In this document: piece by piece, positions 60,270 through 64,000 of the stretch
Position numbering within the stretch: the stretch's first letter is position 1
Layout: every line of letters begins with the position of its first letter
Origin: Anolis carolinensis
Taxonomy: Eukaryota
NCBI RefSeq assembly: GCF_035594765.1
Contig: NC_085841.1
Span: 71,223,574 to 71,287,573 of the forward strand
Direction: 5' to 3'
DNA length: 64,000 nt
The notes under the pieces: generated by a model
What the model was told of the DNA's origin: nothing
The model's database searches: none
Seen by the model: only the letters and a program-made list of their open reading frames with translations
Position numbers and translations under genes: made by a program

Positions 60270-61806
60270 TGACACCAAAGCAGACTAAAACAAAAACTGA
60301 TGGACTTCAGAAATCAAATGAAAATAGACAGATTTATTCAATTCCAAGCTGAAAAATAAATATATTAACAGATCATTTATTTTACTGTTCATTACTCAAA
60401 TACATATATATGAATCCTTTTCAGAATCAGCTGCATATTTTATTTGAGCCACAGATCCCTTGTCAGTTTTTGCCACATCAAGGTCAAGAAGAAAGATACT
60501 GGAAGAAGGGATGGGAAAGCATTTGGTTGGCAAGAGAACATTACGTTTGAACGGTATTGAAACCAGGAATGATAGAACCACTTACAAACCAAGGACTTTT
60601 TCACATGAGGTAGAAAAACCAGCATTGCAGCTGGACTGTCATTTTAGGTGATCATAGGACGCCATGTACATCTGTGCCAAGATGGATCCCTTCCATTGCT
60701 GTGTTGCATTTCGGCAATAATGTGATATTGCATGTGTGAACGGGGATTCTCCTTTCTCCACGCTCCCTTGCTATTCCCAACTTGGCGGATTCTCTTTTAT
60801 TTTGTATTTATATTTCCCTTTTGTTGGTTTTTAATGCTGGAATTGCATAATTGCACCAATACTAATAATAATACCAGTAATTTAAGGAACTATGGTGGTA
60901 CATGAATGCAGGGTTAAAGGGGTATGATCACAAACTATGGAATGGTAAACTGGTGCAATTATGCAATATTGAAGATATTGAAAGCAGTATTATCCACTAC
61001 ATAAGCCAGGGGTATCAAACTCATTTTCATGGAGAGACGCATTACACTTATGGTTGCCTTCAAAGGGCCAATGAATCCATGGACAGAATCGATGGATACA
61101 GAGCGCCAACTATAATTTTTTAATATAGTGGTTGGTACTCTTTAGTTTTTATCCAATTTGGGTCCCCAGATGTTACTGAATGACAACTACCACTGTTGAT
61201 TATCCCCCATGAGGGCTGAAGATAATGGGAATTGCAACCCTACAACGCTTGTGACTCTGCGGTTGGGGAAAGGTTAAAGGACATTTTAAAGTTTTGTTTG
61301 TTGTATTTGTTGTATAATGCGGCATTGAATTTTGCCATAATCTGTAAGCCGCTCTGAGTCCCCTTTGGGATTGCGAAGAGCGGGGTATAAATATAGTAAA
61401 TAAAGTCACAAGCCTTGTATCTAAATTCAGGACCCACTCTCCTGACTAAGCAGAATAAACTGCAGCCTTCCAGATGTTACTGTATCACAACTTCCATCAG
61501 TTCTAGTCATGATGCCTATTGGTGAGGAATAAAGTTGTAGTCCAACATTTGGAGAGCCATATAAATGATATGGAGGGTGCATTTGACCCCCAGGCGTTGA
61601 ATTTGACAGTTAACACGCACAGCAGGTTGGTATGATAAAATCCCAAGACTTCACAAAGCACAGCATTAATAAAAGCTGACAAGTTAAAATTCATAAGCAA
61701 AAAAGAAAAAAGTAAAGGTCACAGACTTGCATAAAATTTATCTATATTATTTTAAGCATTTATATTGTTTTTCTTTCATATAGGACCTAAATCACCTTGC
61801 AAGGTA

Positions 61807-62136
61807 CAGTAGAGTCTCACTTATCCAACATAAATGGGCCAACAGAACATTGGATAAGTGAAAATGTTGGATAATAAGGAGGGATAAAGGAAAAGCCTAT
61901 TAAAAGTAAAATTACATTATGATTTTACAAATTAAGAACCAAAAACATGTTTTACAACAAATCAAGAGAAAAAGTAGTTCAATACATGGTAACATTATGA
62001 AGTAATTACTGTATTTATGAATTTACACCAAAACATCGTGCCTAGAGAAACAGCTGTGGATCGGGGCAGGAGGCAAACTGCATTGGATAATCCAGAACAT
62101 TGGATAAGCAAATGTTGGATAAGTGAGACTCTACTG
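61807..62136. mobile_element. pogo/Tigger-like MITE (third copy)
   Basis: TIR CAGTAGAGTCTCACTTATCCAACAT; TA TSD. Confidence 0.9.
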
Positions 62137-62161
62137 TACATTGAAACAAAATAGCTTAAAC

Positions 62162-63012
62162 CAGTAGATCTCAACCTTCCTAATGCCGCAACCCTTTAAT
62201 ACAGTTCCTTATGTTGTGGTGACCCCCAATCATAAAATTATTTTTGTTGCTACTTCATAATTGTAATTTTGCTACTGTTATAAATCGTAATGTAAATATC
62301 TAATATACAGGATGTATTTTCATTCACTGGACCAAATTTGGCACAAATACCCGATACACAAATATTTGAATACTGGTGCGGTTGGGAGGGGGGGAATTGA
62401 TTTTATCATTTTGGGAGTTGTAGTTGCTGGGATTTATAGTTAACCTACAATCAAAGAGCATTCCGAACTCCACCAATGATGGAATTGGACCAACTTGGCA
62501 CACAGACCAACTCCCATGACCAACAAAAAATACTGGAAGGTTTTGGTGGGCATTGACCTTGAGTTTTGGAGTTGTAGTTCACCTACATCCAGAGAGCACT
62601 GTGGACTCAAACAATGATGGCTCTGGATTAAACTTGGCATGAATACTCAATATGCCCAAATGTGAACACTGGTCGAATTTGGGGAAAATAGACATTTGGG
62701 AGTTGTAATTGCTGTGACTTAGTTCACTTACAATCAAAGAGCATTCTGAACCCCACCAACAATAGAATTGCGCCATACTTCCCACACAGAACCCTCATGA
62801 CCAACAGAAAATACTGGTGGGATTTGGGAGGAATTGACAGTGATTTAGGTGAGATGTAGTTCACCAACATCTGGAGAGCACTGTGAACCCAAACTGGATC
62901 TGGACCAAATTTGGCACAAATACCTGCGTTTTTTGATGGTCTTTGGTAACCCCACTGAAACTCCTCTCGTGATTCCCCCAGGGGTCCCAACCCCCCAGGT
63001 TAAGAAACGCTG
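62162..63012. mobile_element. SPIN-like hAT non-autonomous element
   Basis: URR1/SPIN-type start ..CTCAACCTTCCTAATGCCGCAACCCTTTAATACAGTTCC; perfect TSD GCTTAAAC. Confidence 0.9.
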
Positions 63013-64000
63013 GCTTAAACAATCTGAACACAACTTTAAAAAATAAAGTAATACACATAAAAACATTTTTATAATAGTTAAAATTAACACGTTCAAATCT
63101 ATTACGTATTGGATGCAGTGCACCCATTTCACTCCCCAACCAGTTAAATCTGAATACTTAAATATTTATCTGTTGACAAATAGAGCAGAAAGGGGTCCAG
63201 CTGAACCTCTCTAGGAAGAGTCCCATTGTCTGTCTGTAATCACTGAAAAGGCTCTTTCCTGGGTCCTTACCAGATGTGTCTGTAATGGTGGTAGTACTGA
63301 GAGAAAGTCCTGCAAGATTTTAAAACTCAGATAGGTCCTTATACTCAAGATAGGTCCCTTATACTCAAAATCAGACCATAAACAGACCGGTAGAGAAGCA
63401 TTTTGAGCAAGGGAGTTAGTAAGACCCTCTGATCTGCCTTGATATTCATGGTTTCACATACCTATATTTCAAAAGGTATTCCCAGAAGTGTTTATCCTCT
63501 TTCCTGGGATTATGCTTTTGTCCCAACTAAAATCAAATATAGGGTTTGCTATTGTCCAGTTTTGGGTAACTATGGGCATTTGTGCCTTGGAACATATTCC
63601 CAAAACTTAGAAATAACTCCTAAAATTTAAGCAACAATGATGACTATACCAGAGAAAACTGACCAGATGATCTATGTGCCAGCTCAGTGTGCTATTGAAA
63701 TGTTGACTACTGATGGAAAACCTCTGCTCTCCCTTACGAGACTTTAGTTCTAAACTGACAATGAACCAGACTACCTTTTGGCCACACCGTCTGGGAAATT
63801 CAGGGACTTAATCCAAGATGTTATTTGGGTGACAAACTCTGGAGCAGGCAGACCTTCAAACTGGCGGAGGAGCATCCTTGTACAGGCCTTCAAACAGAAG
63901 CTTGTCCTTTAGGATAAAAGCCACCTCAGTAGATGGTTACTCTAAAGACAAAAAGATCAGGCAGAAGAAATGTACCCCTAGGGACAGATGGATCTGGAAA

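Noticed and set aside
1-64000. CRISPR arrays, rRNA or true tRNA genes, prokaryotic systems
   Set aside because: None seen; tRNA-like boxes belong to SINE heads and the DNA is vertebrate.

Overview
Vertebrate, very probably Anolis-type squamate, genomic DNA (inferred from the repeat content: Sauria SINEs, BovB, L2, CR1, Vingi, Penelope, Dong/R4 and SPIN-like, OC1-like and hAT1-like transposons). The host content is a tandem, same-strand (+) array of six highly diverged Mas-related (MAS1/MRGPR-like) class A GPCR genes, each with a single coding exon preceded by a homologous splice acceptor. Copies 2-6 share three unusual residues (D6.34, R6.52, D7.42); copy 1 has only R6.52. Copies 2-5 each have a conserved upstream non-coding module (CRE/half-site plus an X-box-like GTTAC(A/C)TAGGA). 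Copy 6 has lost its N-terminus and gained a sequon-rich repeat tail. The rest of the window is transposon-derived. It includes a truncated sushi-like Gypsy element, an 11.6 kb Tip100-type hAT with up to four nesting levels and a solo LTR splitting its transposase, Helitron-like elements, many MITEs with readable TSDs, and Penelope fragments carrying hammerhead ribozyme cores. Family names come from motif recognition only; no database search was run.
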